Shown: positions 1 to 9,079, numbered from the stretch's first letter. The stretch is DNA of 64,000 nucleotides from Patescibacteria group bacterium (GCA_019752815.1 JAIELQ010000006.1:1577-65576); one strand, 5' to 3'. A program made the numbers and translations. The notes: generated from the letters alone by a model not told the origin.

Positions 1-65
1 TAGTTTAATGGATAGAATGCCAGTTTGCGGAATTGGCGATTCAGGTTCGATTCCTGGTGAGAGCA
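1..65 (+). tRNA. tRNA-Arg(GCG), 5' acceptor strand cut off by window edge
   Basis: D-arm GTTT-AATGGATA-GAAT, anticodon stem CCAGT/ATTGG with loop TTGCGGA (GCG at 27-29), T-arm TCAGG-TTCGATT-CCTGG, acceptor 3' strand TGAGAGC-A. Confidence 0.9.
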
Positions 66-410
66 CAAATCAGCCGACCGAAACACGATAGTGTTCCGGT
101 CGTTGCTGTTTGTAGCTCTCACCAGGAATCGAAAGACGCAAGCCGGGACCCCTCCGGGCCGGCGCGTCGGGGTCGCGAACACTTACTAGATTTGGAACGC
201 AGTGAACAAATATAATTAGTGATTCGTGACCGATTCCGTACATATACAAAAATAAGCACACCAATCGGGGTCCCATTTTTGTTCGTGCTCTCACAGCAAT
301 GACTGGGAGACATTGTGGTAGGAATCGAAGCCCGATTGAGCTGGATTGGAAGCGAAGCGCACCAATCCAGCCAATTGGGATATTGAACTCGTAGAGTTCG
401 ATTCCTGGCT
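66..410. repeat. tRNA-associated modular hairpin element (Arg-GCG locus)
   Basis: Antisense copies of the tRNA 3' end at 115-133 and, split by a hairpin, ~285-329. Sense T-arm copy at 396-408. Module ACACTTACTAGATTTGG...GTGACC is shared with ~5159-5215, ~5330-5385 and ~10295-10350. Confidence 0.75.
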
Positions 411-439
411 TCAGTGTAAAAATCTGATACCATAAAAAA

Positions 440-856
440 ATGAAAACAGACTACATGGTTATAGGGCGAACCCGTAACTCAGAAAATATACTGCGACTGA
501 TACAAGGAATAGAAGATAAAGGTTTTAGCTGCTATAACTTTTTAAGTAAACCATGTACCCCTGAATCAGATGGCTTGCCCTGGCAAGAACAAATGAATAT
601 CTTAGAATCACACCCTGATTTTTGGAATGATCCGAATCACCGCAATCATTTTGAAGATGATATGAATAGTTTACGAAACTCAGATACAATCGTATTGCTA
701 TTACCAGCGGGAATGGCAGCACATATGGAGGCGGGGGTGTCGTATGGTTTAAATAAAAGGTTGATATTAATCGGTGAGGTAGAAAAACCTGAAACACTAT
801 ATTTGATGTTTAACGAACGATATCCAGACATTGAGACCTTTTTAGCTACGCTGTAA
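440..856 (+). CDS. nucleoside 2-deoxyribosyltransferase-like protein
   Basis: FEDDMNSLRNSDTIVLLLPAGMAAHMEAGVSYG matches the family's D..D/G...E.G.A pattern. Confidence 0.6.
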   Translation: MKTDYMVIGRTRNSENILRLIQGIEDKGFSCYNFLSKPCTPESDGLPWQEQMNILESHPDFWNDPNHRNHFEDDMNSLRNSDTIVLLLPAGMAAHMEAGVSYGLNKRLILIGEVEKPETLYLMFNERYPDIETFLATL

Positions 857-858
857 TT

Positions 859-887
859 TTGCCAACCCCCGCAAAATCCCCTACAAT
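859..887 (+). promoter_or_regulatory. sigma70 promoter, probably giving a leaderless ruvX transcript
   Basis: TTGCCA-17 bp-TACAAT, ATG 6 nt further on, no SD. Confidence 0.55.
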
Positions 888-893
888 ACGTTC

Positions 894-1274
894 ATGCGTA
901 AACTAGGAATCGACTATGGCACTAAAAAAGTAGGGTTAGCTATGACAGATGAATCAGGGAGTATGGCATTCCCACACAGTGTCATTCCAACCACTCCTGA
1001 CCTGCTTAAAAAAATAGTAGCACTTATAGACAAAGAAAAAATCGGAGAAATTGTTATTGGTCATTCGCTCGATAGGAACGGGAAACCCAATGCCGTTCAC
1101 GCTGCCGTTGAAGGTCTGATGCTTGATTTAACACTCGAAACAGGATTACCGGTACATTTACAACCCGAACAGTATACGACTCAAGCAGCTATACAGTTAC
1201 AGGGTAAGACCGCAATGACGGACGCTGCCGCCGCAGCTTTGATACTCGATTCATTTATCACTAAGAAAAAATAA
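894..1274 (+). CDS. ruvX: Holliday junction resolvase-like / pre-16S rRNA nuclease YqgF
   Basis: LGIDYGTKKVGLA, IVIG, E.YTT, D..AA..IL motifs. Confidence 0.9.
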   Translation: MRKLGIDYGTKKVGLAMTDESGSMAFPHSVIPTTPDLLKKIVALIDKEKIGEIVIGHSLDRNGKPNAVHAAVEGLMLDLTLETGLPVHLQPEQYTTQAAIQLQGKTAMTDAAAAALILDSFITKKK

Positions 1275-1275
1275 C

Positions 1276-1608
1276 ATGGACACCATTACCTACGAAGACT
1301 TTGCAAAATTACAGATAGTGATTGGTACAATTATTGCAGTTGAGGAAGTACCAGATTCAAATAAGTTGCTTAAATTGACGGTTGATATAGGAGGGGAGAC
1401 ACCACGGCAGATTCTGTCGGGGATTAAAAAATACTTTAGTGACCCACAATCCCTCGTTGGGGTGCAAACACCCTTTTTAATAAACTTGGAGACAAAAGTA
1501 ATCGCGGGCCTAGAAAGTCATGGTATGATTTTAGCCGCCAGTAACGACGCAGAATTTGCGCTTCTGACATTAAGTCAGCCACTCCCGTCGGGATCAAGTG
1601 TGCGATAG
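1276..1608 (+). CDS. stand-alone tRNA-binding OB-fold protein (MetRS C-terminal/Trbp111/CsaA-like)
   Basis: ITYEDFAKL..G.I, SNKLLKL.VD.G, RQILSGI, ESHGMILAA. Confidence 0.85.
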   Translation: MDTITYEDFAKLQIVIGTIIAVEEVPDSNKLLKLTVDIGGETPRQILSGIKKYFSDPQSLVGVQTPFLINLETKVIAGLESHGMILAASNDAEFALLTLSQPLPSGSSVR

Positions 1609-1692
1609 TAAAAAATCTCATGCCTATGTGCATGAGATTTTTATGTGAGTTAGACGTGTAATTCACTGATGCGAGAGCGTATAATGATAGCA

Positions 1693-2787
1693 ATGAATGC
1701 CCTTTCGTTGTTTGAAAAAATTATTCCGCCACCGTCATACATCATGATGGAGAGTGTTGGTGTAGATATCTCGGACACGTCACTAAAATATATAAAATTT
1801 TCCAGTAGCGGCCATGTTGCAGCAAAGAATAAGTTGCAATTGTGGGGCGAGGTAGAAATCCCTGATGGTGTACTAAAACGGGGTCAGGTTTCTGATCAAA
1901 AAAAGCTCACGAGTGTACTGGAAGAATTTAAGAATTTGACGAAAGCAGAATACGTTCGGGTTTCTTTGCCTGAAGAAAAAGCGTATTTGTTTGAAACAGA
2001 AATTAAACGTTCAACGCCTGCCAAAGAAATTAGAGGACTCCTCGAGTTCCGTCTCGAAGAAAATGTACCCATTCCTGCCAAAGAAGCATTTTTTGACTAT
2101 GATATTTTAGAGAGTGACACAACTGATAAGTCGTTGCGCATAGTTGTAGCAGCGTACGCTCGGGATACTATTTTAAACTACTATGATGCATGTCTCGGGG
2201 CTAAACTAATTCCCGTTTCATTTGAAGTAGAGGCTCAAGCCATGGTGCGGTCCGCTCTTCCGGTGGATTGTGCTGGCGCACACATGTTAGTGGATTTTGG
2301 TAAAACCAGAACCGGTATTGGAATTGTGCTTGACGGAGTACTAATGTATACCTCGACTATCGATTTTGGTGGTAATCAATTGTCAGATATTTTGCGTAAG
2401 GAGCTTGGTAACTTATCAGAAGCTGAACTTACTGACATAAAAAATAATCAGGGATTGATTAAAGGAGTAGGGGATACCGTTTGCTATGATGCACTGATTT
2501 CAACCATTTCAGTTATCAAAGATGAAATTGAATCAAGGATTCAGTATTGGCACGCTGGCGATTATAAACAGACGGCTCGCCGTATCCAATCAATAACACT
2601 CTGTGGTGGTAGTGTAAATTTAAAAGGACTACCAGAATATTTTACTGAGGTGTTAGGAATTAAAACAGTGCGCGCAAATGTGTGGCAAAACGCTTTTTCG
2701 CTAGACGATGTAGTGCCGCCAATTGATCTCCGACATTCATACGGTTACGCCACGGCTATTGGGCTTGCTCTTAAAAAAACGGTATAG
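1693..2787 (+). CDS. pilM: type IV pilus assembly protein PilM
   Basis: Actin-like fold motifs GVDISDTSLK, VDFGKTRT, LCGG..L.GL, YATAIGLAL. Start chosen after TATAAT at 1680-1685. Confidence 0.85.
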   Translation: MNALSLFEKIIPPPSYIMMESVGVDISDTSLKYIKFSSSGHVAAKNKLQLWGEVEIPDGVLKRGQVSDQKKLTSVLEEFKNLTKAEYVRVSLPEEKAYLFETEIKRSTPAKEIRGLLEFRLEENVPIPAKEAFFDYDILESDTTDKSLRIVVAAYARDTILNYYDACLGAKLIPVSFEVEAQAMVRSALPVDCAGAHMLVDFGKTRTGIGIVLDGVLMYTSTIDFGGNQLSDILRKELGNLSEAELTDIKNNQGLIKGVGDTVCYDALISTISVIKDEIESRIQYWHAGDYKQTARRIQSITLCGGSVNLKGLPEYFTEVLGIKTVRANVWQNAFSLDDVVPPIDLRHSYGYATAIGLALKKTV

Positions 2788-2789
2788 CT

Positions 2790-3332
2790 ATGATTAATCT
2801 TATTCCACCAAGTGCAAAAAAAAGTATCGCGTTCGAGTATTGGAAGCGGGTAGCCGCTGTGTGGCTTGCTCTTGTTAGTTGTGCGTTTGTAATTCTCTCG
2901 GTGTTCTTACTCCCAACACATATTGCCTTACGGTCGGAAATTGGGTATCTGGAAGAAACAGTATCTGCCGGTTCGGCTCGAGTTTCAAATTATGATATTT
3001 CATCAACTGAATTAATTGCAGCTACAAACCAAGCACGATTGCTCCTGGATAATGCGACTACCACTATTCCTTCTGATTTGATTACTGCACTTACCCAGTA
3101 TGCGGGTAGTAATGTAGCGCTTAATAACTTTCAATTCGTAAAACTAACTTCCACCCCTTCTATAACTCTGGCGGGATTAGCAGCTACGCGTCAGGATCTG
3201 GCTCAGTTTCGTGATGCGGTAGCGGCAGATGCTCGGTTCGCTACGGTTGATTTGCCAATTTCAAATTTAATTAAAGACAAAGATCTGCTGTTTAGTATGG
3301 AGATTACGTTGGCAACTAGTACACGCTTATGA
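2790..3332 (+). CDS. pilN: PilN-like pilus assembly protein
   Basis: MINLIPP start, one TM helix, follows pilM. Confidence 0.7.
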   Translation: MINLIPPSAKKSIAFEYWKRVAAVWLALVSCAFVILSVFLLPTHIALRSEIGYLEETVSAGSARVSNYDISSTELIAATNQARLLLDNATTTIPSDLITALTQYAGSNVALNNFQFVKLTSTPSITLAGLAATRQDLAQFRDAVAADARFATVDLPISNLIKDKDLLFSMEITLATSTRL

Positions 3333-3862
3333 ACAAAAAATCCCACACATTTTTAATTGTCGCCACTATCTGTTTTTTGGTTTCTGCCAGTGTATTTCTC
3401 TATGCGCTCTACGAGGTAAATAAGCAGGGAGTACGCTATGCTGAATCTAAAAAATTAATCGGCGAGCAAACAGCCAAAGAAGCGTCGTACAATACGGTGC
3501 AAAGTTTGTTGGAATCTACTCGCGACGATAGGGCACAGATCAAAAGTTTATTTATTGAGGAAGATGACACTATTTCATTTATCTCAGAAATTGAAAAAAA
3601 TACAGGCATTGTGGGTGTGGCACTGACTACGAACGAGTTGTCAATTATGCCGAGTACTACTGATACAAATGGCGTCACCTCACCTGCCTTGCTGCTCGTA
3701 GGGTTTGATTTTTCGGGGTCGCAAAATGCAGTGTGGCAGTATCTTACGCTGCTTGAAAACATACCCTACCATAAACAGATGACCCAGATATCGTTTGTAA
3801 AATCAGATAATAATCTTTGGAAAGCTAATGTTAAAATGCAACTAACACTCCGGTATGATTGA
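3329..3862 (+). CDS. PilO-like pilus assembly protein
   Basis: N-terminal TM, coiled coil, GS....YL..LENIPY motif, operon position. Confidence 0.6.
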   Translation: MNKKSHTFLIVATICFLVSASVFLYALYEVNKQGVRYAESKKLIGEQTAKEASYNTVQSLLESTRDDRAQIKSLFIEEDDTISFISEIEKNTGIVGVALTTNELSIMPSTTDTNGVTSPALLLVGFDFSGSQNAVWQYLTLLENIPYHKQMTQISFVKSDNNLWKANVKMQLTLRYD

Positions 3863-4307
3863 ATCTAAAGATATTAAAAAAATGGTACAGCATATCCTGA
3901 GAAGGGATAAAGGTATTGCCGATACCCAAATTATGCACCCCACTCGAGAGTGGTTTACCGGTCTCGCAATTACTCTTGGTATGGTAGTTTTGGGCTCATG
4001 GTTTTGTTACTACTTGTATTCGTTTCATCATAACGAAATGAAAAAAGAAGTAGTGATTATTGAGCAGGCAGTGCCATATCAAGCGGCAACGGTAAAAAGT
4101 GCCCTTGAGGTATTTGCAACTAAACAAGAGAAGTATAATGAAATTTTAGGTGGTGGAATGAACGATATTCCTGTGTCAGTAGCAACAACAACCACTCCAG
4201 TCGAGGTTAGTGCTACTTCAACCGAAGAGATTCCAGAATTGATTGTGGATCCGGCACCTATTTTTGAGGATGACGGAACACCAATTGAAGCAACTTTGAC
4301 TCCATAG
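3855..4307 (+). CDS. single-TM protein of the pil operon
   Basis: Overlaps upstream gene, HP.R.W then TM helix, acidic Thr-rich tail. Confidence 0.55.
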   Translation: MIESKDIKKMVQHILRRDKGIADTQIMHPTREWFTGLAITLGMVVLGSWFCYYLYSFHHNEMKKEVVIIEQAVPYQAATVKSALEVFATKQEKYNEILGGGMNDIPVSVATTTTPVEVSATSTEEIPELIVDPAPIFEDDGTPIEATLTP

Positions 4308-4419
4308 AAGAGGGGCAGAAAACTACTTGTAAGAGTGGTTTTTTGTTTGTGCTTCAACTAGGAGTAATCCTGACGGTCACCAAGCTATAGTGTTTTGTTT
4401 AAACCCGATTTGTTTTGTG

Positions 4420-4491
4420 TGCCTCTGCTAGGAATCGAACCTAGAATAACGGCTTAGAAGTCCGCAGTTATATCCATTTAACTACAAAGGC
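4420..4491 (-). tRNA. tRNA-Arg(TCT)
   Basis: Reverse complement GCCTTTGTAGTTAAATGGATATAACTGCGGA-CTTCTAA-GCCGTTATTCTAGGTTCGATTCCTAGCAGAGGCA folds as a cloverleaf. Confidence 0.9.
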
Positions 4492-4607
4492 AAGTGAAGA
4501 ACAAAGTGGAAATTCCTTTACATTTGGTTTCTGAGCGTCGCTTTTGAAAGCTTTGCTTACAAAGGCATTTATTTAGGAATTTTTACCACCGGAATCGAAC
4601 TCTACGA

Positions 4608-4665
4608 GTTCAGTACAGGTTGTCAGTATTTTATTGCATTAATGCATAAAATACTAGGCAACCTC
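4608..4665 (+). repeat. GTACAGGTTGTC...GGCAACCTC bulged-hairpin repeat, copy A
   Basis: Family members at 5400, 9993, 10238, 36682, 53981. Confidence 0.75.
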
Positions 4666-4692
4666 CTGAAACAGTTTCCCAAACTGTTTCAG

Positions 4693-4774
4693 CCTAGAAT
4701 AACGGCTTAGAAGTCCGCAGTTATATCCATTTAACTACCAGGGCAATTTTTACTTAGAAGTCCACAGTTATATC
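4693..4774 (-). pseudogene. interrupted/partial duplicates of tRNA-Arg(TCT)
   Basis: 4693-4744 repeats the 5' two-thirds of the tRNA up to the T-stem, where hairpins are inserted. 4753-4774 is a third fragment. Confidence 0.75.
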
Positions 4775-4837
4775 TATAGGACTATCAAAAGTGCTGGCAT
4801 CACAATAGCAGAAAATGTTCCAACTTCAAATATTGAA

Positions 4838-4864
4838 AATGGCTCGCGCGATGCGCGAGCCATT
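4838..4864 (-). terminator. intrinsic terminator of the small Q/G/S-rich ORF
   Basis: AATGGCTCGCGC-GAT-GCGCGAGCCATT perfect 12-bp stem. Confidence 0.6.
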
Positions 4865-4874
4865 GATTAAGATT

Positions 4875-5036
4875 TCAGATTGATGCCCAATCCCGAAAGA
4901 TTGGCTGTTCTACCTGTTTGGTGGCCGAACCCGAACCTTGTTGTTGCTGAGACTTCCCAGTTGGTCGTTTGGTTTCGCTGCTGCCACCCTGCTGTTGTGA
5001 AGAGCTTTCTCCGCCACCTTGTTGTGGTGTTGTCAT
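4875..5036 (-). CDS. 53-aa Q/G/S-rich peptide ending PIFRDWASI (not in ORF track)
   Basis: MTTPQQGGGESSSQQQGGSSETKRPTGKSQQQQGSGSATKQVEQPIFRDWASI. SD-like AAGAGGA upstream, terminator downstream. Confidence 0.65.
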   Translation of the reverse strand: MTTPQQGGGESSSQQQGGSSETKRPTGKSQQQQGSGSATKQVEQPIFRDWASI

Positions 5037-5139
5037 GATTTAATCCTCTTTTCGACGTTGTCCCTCGTTGGACGTTTGTTTATAGTACGCCTGGTAGTTA
5101 GAGAGGGCCAGCGGAGGGGTGTGTTTAAGTGTTTGCATA

Positions 5140-5570
5140 AACGAGCGATGAGAGGCTCGGTCACGAATCACTAAGTATAATTCATCACTACGTTCAAATT
5201 CTACTAAGTGTTCTTGACCACGACTCGACTGTCGCAAAGCGACATGTCTCCGTCTTTCGAGCCTCTCCGCAAGCAAAGCAGTTTGCTTGCTCATCGCGCA
5301 CAAAACAAAAAAGCTTTTGCCCCGCCTGTGGTCACCAGTCACTAAGTATATTTGTTCGCCTTCAGCTCCAAATCTACTAAGTGCTGTCGAACCTTATAGG
5401 TTCAGTACAGGTTGTCGCAGTTTTTTTAAAACAGCTGGCAACCTCTTGCGAAATTGGTCCCATCCCATTTCTCACCCGACTCAACTGTCGCAAAGCGACA
5501 TGTTTCCGTCTCGCACCAACGCAAATCATAAAACACCACTCTAGCTAGAGTGGTGTTTTATGATTTGCGT
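5140..5570. repeat. tRNA-associated modular hairpin element (Val locus), two iterations
   Basis: Split inverted tRNA end TTCGAGCCTCTC-[CGCAAGCAAAGCAGTTTGCTTG]-CTCATCGCGCAC, direct fragment at 5146-5159, hairpin copy B 5400-5445, duplicated CTGTCGCAAAGCGACATGT module. Confidence 0.8.
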
Positions 5571-5646
5571 TGGTGCGCGATGAGAGGCTCGAACTCCCGA
5601 CCTTTTCAGTGTAAATGAACTGCTCTACCAACTGAGCTAATCGCGC
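5571..5646 (-). tRNA. tRNA-Val(TAC), CCA encoded
   Basis: Reverse complement GCGCGATTAGCTCAGTTGGTAGAGCAGTTCA-TTTACAC-TGAAAAGGTCGGGAGTTCGAGCCTCTCATCGCGCACCA. Confidence 0.93.
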
Positions 5647-5741
5647 GATCAACTTGGGTTAACCAAGGTACGCCTATAGTACCTGGTTTTAAAATAAATT
5701 CAATACCAAATGGCCTAATTCAGAAGTATACTAATACCTAT

Positions 5742-6014
5742 ATGACAGAATTGTATGCCGTAATAACGGGGAAGGTGCAAGGGGTGCGGTATCGAGACTA
5801 TGTGCAGGTTTCGGCAGGGAAGCTTGGTTTAACCGGTTTTGTGCGAAATAACCGAGACGGCAGCGTCACGGTAGTTGCTCATGGAATGCCAGATGATCTG
5901 AAGCTATTTGTTGAATACCTCCATGAGGGTTCATTATTATCAAAAGTAGAAGGGGTGGCAGTTGAATGGCGGACTGCTCAAACAACGTTTGATGATTTTG
6001 CTACGCTACAATAG
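5742..6014 (+). CDS. acyP: acylphosphatase
   Basis: GKVQGVRYR and GFVRN..DGSV motifs. Confidence 0.92.
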   Translation: MTELYAVITGKVQGVRYRDYVQVSAGKLGLTGFVRNNRDGSVTVVAHGMPDDLKLFVEYLHEGSLLSKVEGVAVEWRTAQTTFDDFATLQ

Positions 6015-6019
6015 TTACT

Positions 6020-6721
6020 ATGTTAGAAAATCCCCTAAGTACAACCCCAGTTGTCCCTCAGTGTGTGGGATTTATTATGGATGGTAATCGCAGGTGGGCA
6101 AAAGAACAAAATTTCGCAACTCTTGATGGACATAAGGCAGGTGAGAGTATTTTTTACGATTCAGCCCAATGGGTTAAGGAATTATGTATTCCACACGCTG
6201 TGTATTATGCATTTTCTACTGAGAATTGGCAGCGTAACCCAGCAGAAGTCAGTTACTTGATGCAGTTATTTGAATTATTTCTTGAGCGTATGCTTGGTGA
6301 GATTACTGAAGTGCAGGTTCGGGTGAAGGTGGTTGGTGCACGTGCAGACTTTTCAGTACATCTTCAATCATTGATTGAACGTTTGGAGACAGTAAGCGAG
6401 CAGTATACTAAAACTACTATTTGGGTAGCGCTCTCGTACGGTGGACGGGCTGATATTGTCTCAGCCTGTAATCAGGCCATAGAAGCAGGAGTACCCGTTA
6501 ATGAAGAAAGTTTTGGTCGATACCTACAAACGAACGGTATGCCGGATCCGGATTTAATTATTCGTACGAGTGGCGAACAGCGCCTATCTAATTTTCTACC
6601 CTGGCAATCTGTCTACAGCGAGCTCTTTTTCACTGATACCTATTGGCCGGCATTTACTAAAGAGGAATTTACGCGTATTGTAGGCCAATATGGAGACAGA
6701 CAAAGGCGTCGAGGCAAATAA
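6020..6721 (+). CDS. uppS: undecaprenyl diphosphate synthase
   Basis: IMDGNRRWA, YAFSTENWQR, PDPDLIIRTSGEQRLSNFLPWQ. Confidence 0.95.
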   Translation: MLENPLSTTPVVPQCVGFIMDGNRRWAKEQNFATLDGHKAGESIFYDSAQWVKELCIPHAVYYAFSTENWQRNPAEVSYLMQLFELFLERMLGEITEVQVRVKVVGARADFSVHLQSLIERLETVSEQYTKTTIWVALSYGGRADIVSACNQAIEAGVPVNEESFGRYLQTNGMPDPDLIIRTSGEQRLSNFLPWQSVYSELFFTDTYWPAFTKEEFTRIVGQYGDRQRRRGK

Positions 6722-7469
6722 TATAGCAAATCCAATCGTAATCTACGAAGACACAGAGGTCCTGGTGGTTAATAAACCATATGGGATGCTCGTGCATGAG
6801 GATTGGCAAAAGAGTGATACCCCAACATTGGTAGAGTGGTTTTTAGCGCGCGTGCCAACTGCCCAGGGTGTAGGGGAAGCAACGGCAACTCCTGATGGAA
6901 AGCCGCTTGAACGATCAGGCGTGGTACATCGCCTGGATCGAGAAACTTCGGGGGTAATTATCTTAGCTAAAACGCCTGAAGCACACGCACACTTAAAAGC
7001 ACAATTTCATGACCGTTTAGTTAATAAAGAGTATCGGGCGTTTGTGTACGGTCGTATGCATGAACGATGGGGTAGTATCGATCGACCGATTGGTCGGAGT
7101 AATAAAGATTTTAGATTGCGCTCTGCCCAACGGGGTGCCAGAGGTACATTGCGCCAAGCCTTAACTGAATGGGAGCGGATAGCTACTGGTGAGTACGAAG
7201 GACAAAATTTTTCGTATTTAAAACTTAATCCTAAAACCGGCCGTACCCACCAGCTGCGGGTACACCTAAAAGCTAATGATCGGCCCATTGTCCAAGATGT
7301 GCTCTATTCAGGAAAATTACGCCACCAATCAAACAATTTAGGACTCACTCGGTTGGCACTCCATGCCCATATACTGGAAATCGTATTACCAAACGGTAGC
7401 AAAGAGCGTTTTATCGCCCCAGTACCTCATGAATTTGAGTTAGCTGCTGAGAGAATCTCAGAAGTCTAG
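6690..7469 (+). CDS. RluA-family pseudouridine synthase
   Basis: VVNKP.G, VHRLDRETSG, TGRTHQLRVHL, LALHA. Confidence 0.93.
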   Translation: METDKGVEANNIANPIVIYEDTEVLVVNKPYGMLVHEDWQKSDTPTLVEWFLARVPTAQGVGEATATPDGKPLERSGVVHRLDRETSGVIILAKTPEAHAHLKAQFHDRLVNKEYRAFVYGRMHERWGSIDRPIGRSNKDFRLRSAQRGARGTLRQALTEWERIATGEYEGQNFSYLKLNPKTGRTHQLRVHLKANDRPIVQDVLYSGKLRHQSNNLGLTRLALHAHILEIVLPNGSKERFIAPVPHEFELAAERISEV

Positions 7470-7533
7470 GCTGTATTGCACTTAGGAAAGGCTTGTGGTA
7501 GATTATGGCACGTTTTAGACGCTTTATATTATT

Positions 7534-8181
7534 ATGACAACACTACACAGCGGGGTAATCACCTCACCAGTTCAGATGGAAGACCGTAAAAACCTTGGGC
7601 TAAAAGCCGGAGATACGGTTAAAGTACACCAACGAATTATCGATAAAGGCAAGACTCGTATTCAGATTTTTGAAGGTTTGGTTCTCGCGCGCAAGCACGG
7701 AGACGAAGCCGGAGCTACATTTACCGTACGAAAAATGTCCAGTGGTATTGGTGTCGAAAAAATCTACCCATTATACTCTCCACTGATTGAACAAATTGAA
7801 ATCGTGAAGCGTGCCAAGGTACGTCGTGCCAAGCTGTACTACATCCGTGAAAAGGTAGCTCGCGAAATTAAACGACAAATGCGTCGTATGAGTCTCGTGT
7901 CAATGTCGACCGAATCAGAAACTGATGCAACTGCGCGCATTGATGCTGAAGCAAAAGTAATCTCCGATGCAGCAGCCGCAGCTGAAGCCGAAGCAGTGAA
8001 GGTGGCAGAAGCACAAGCTGCAGCAGAGGCCCCAGCACAAGAAGTTGTTGCAGAAGACACTCCAGTTGCTGAAGCCGAAGTGGTTGCTGAAGCCGAAGTG
8101 GTTGCTGAAGCCGAAGTGGTTGCCGAAGCAGAAACTACTCCAGACACACCAGCTGAAGCAGAAAAGAAAGACGTAGCGTAA
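7534..8181 (+). CDS. rplS: 50S ribosomal protein bL19 with long Ala/Glu-rich C-terminal extension
   Basis: GDTVKVH, RIQIFEGLV, TFTVRK..GIGVEK.YP, KVRRAKLYYIR. Confidence 0.95.
   Translation: MTTLHSGVITSPVQMEDRKNLGLKAGDTVKVHQRIIDKGKTRIQIFEGLVLARKHGDEAGATFTVRKMSSGIGVEKIYPLYSPLIEQIEIVKRAKVRRAKLYYIREKVAREIKRQMRRMSLVSMSTESETDATARIDAEAKVISDAAAAAEAEAVKVAEAQAAAEAPAQEVVAEDTPVAEAEVVAEAEVVAEAEVVAEAETTPDTPAEAEKKDVA
8065..8130 (+). repeat. 18-bp in-frame tandem repeat (VAEAEV x3.6) in the rplS tail
   Basis: GTTGCTGAAGCCGAAGTG three exact copies plus a partial copy. Confidence 0.9.
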
Positions 8182-8196
8182 ATAAAAATACAATAG

Positions 8197-8224
8197 AAAA
8201 AAGCGTCCATCAGGGCGCTTTTTT
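8197..8224 (+). terminator. intrinsic terminator after rplS
   Basis: AAAAAAGCGTCC-ATCA-GGGCGCTTTTTT. Confidence 0.7.
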
Positions 8225-8236
8225 GTATGCTACTAT

Positions 8237-9079
8237 TTGCCTATGACCCTAGAACAAAAGTTCCACACCTTGGTGCAATTAGTTGAAACCTTAGGACAGC
8301 AAGCCCGAGCCTATTTTGATGATAATCAAAATACTAATGAACAAAAAACAGACGGTTCAATAGTTACCCAAATAGACAAGGATATTGAAGACGCACTAGT
8401 TGATTTTATTAGAACTGAATTTCCGGATGATACGATTATTGGCGAAGAAGGCGAGGGATTTGTCGGTACAAGCGATTTTGTCTGGCATATCGATCCAATT
8501 GATGGCACTGATAATTTTTTGCGTCGCATCCCATTTTGTGCTATTTCAGTAGCTCGCTTAGGTAGTACTACTGAAGACTCGTTTGGAATTGTACACAATC
8601 CTATTACCAATCAGACGTTTGCGGCCCTCATGGACAATGGGGTGTACGAGCGAGAACATGTTCATGTACTCACAGATGAATTATTGGGCGGGCGAGCCGT
8701 GGTATCAATCGGGAGAGGAAGGGAGCAGTGGATGAAGTCTGCCGCGTTTAATTTGTTTAAGGCAATTGGAACTGAGGTTGGTAAACCGATGATTCTCAAT
8801 TGTACTGCTTTAGAATTAGCGTACATTGCAGCCAATAGAATTGATGGGGTACTTAACTTTGGAGAAAAATCGTACGACTACGCCGCCGGTTTATTTCTCG
8901 TAAAAGCGGCCGGGGGACAAATTTCGGTTTTTGAACATAATACCTGGTCACCATGGATAGGGAGTCTCAAGGAATTGTGTGCTGAGCATGGTAAAACAAT
9001 GTTTATCTCTCATGGTGGTATCCATACCAAAGCAATAGAATTGATAGGTAATCCACGAGATTGGAGCGATGAGAAGTAA
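8237..9079 (+). CDS. inositol monophosphatase family protein (SuhB-like)
   Basis: IIGEE, WHIDPIDGTDNF, YDYAAG. Confidence 0.88.
   Translation: MPMTLEQKFHTLVQLVETLGQQARAYFDDNQNTNEQKTDGSIVTQIDKDIEDALVDFIRTEFPDDTIIGEEGEGFVGTSDFVWHIDPIDGTDNFLRRIPFCAISVARLGSTTEDSFGIVHNPITNQTFAALMDNGVYEREHVHVLTDELLGGRAVVSIGRGREQWMKSAAFNLFKAIGTEVGKPMILNCTALELAYIAANRIDGVLNFGEKSYDYAAGLFLVKAAGGQISVFEHNTWSPWIGSLKELCAEHGKTMFISHGGIHTKAIELIGNPRDWSDEK

Noticed and set aside
1276-1608. Split metG as a novel feature
   Set aside because: A short MetRS plus a stand-alone Trbp111/CsaA-like domain is a common arrangement.
5040-5544. ORFs 5040-5342, 5287-5544 and analogous ones at 33-433, 9828-10127, 24041-24486
   Set aside because: They run through tRNAs and hairpin repeats. 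Recurrent peptides such as GCRSFFK.AGNL are translations of the repeat family.
7839-8210. Antisense ORFs over rplS and similar shadow ORFs (e.g. 16151-16645, 24730-25386, 26483-27178, 28850-29665)
   Set aside because: They are reverse-frame shadows of well-supported genes, with no recognisable motifs.
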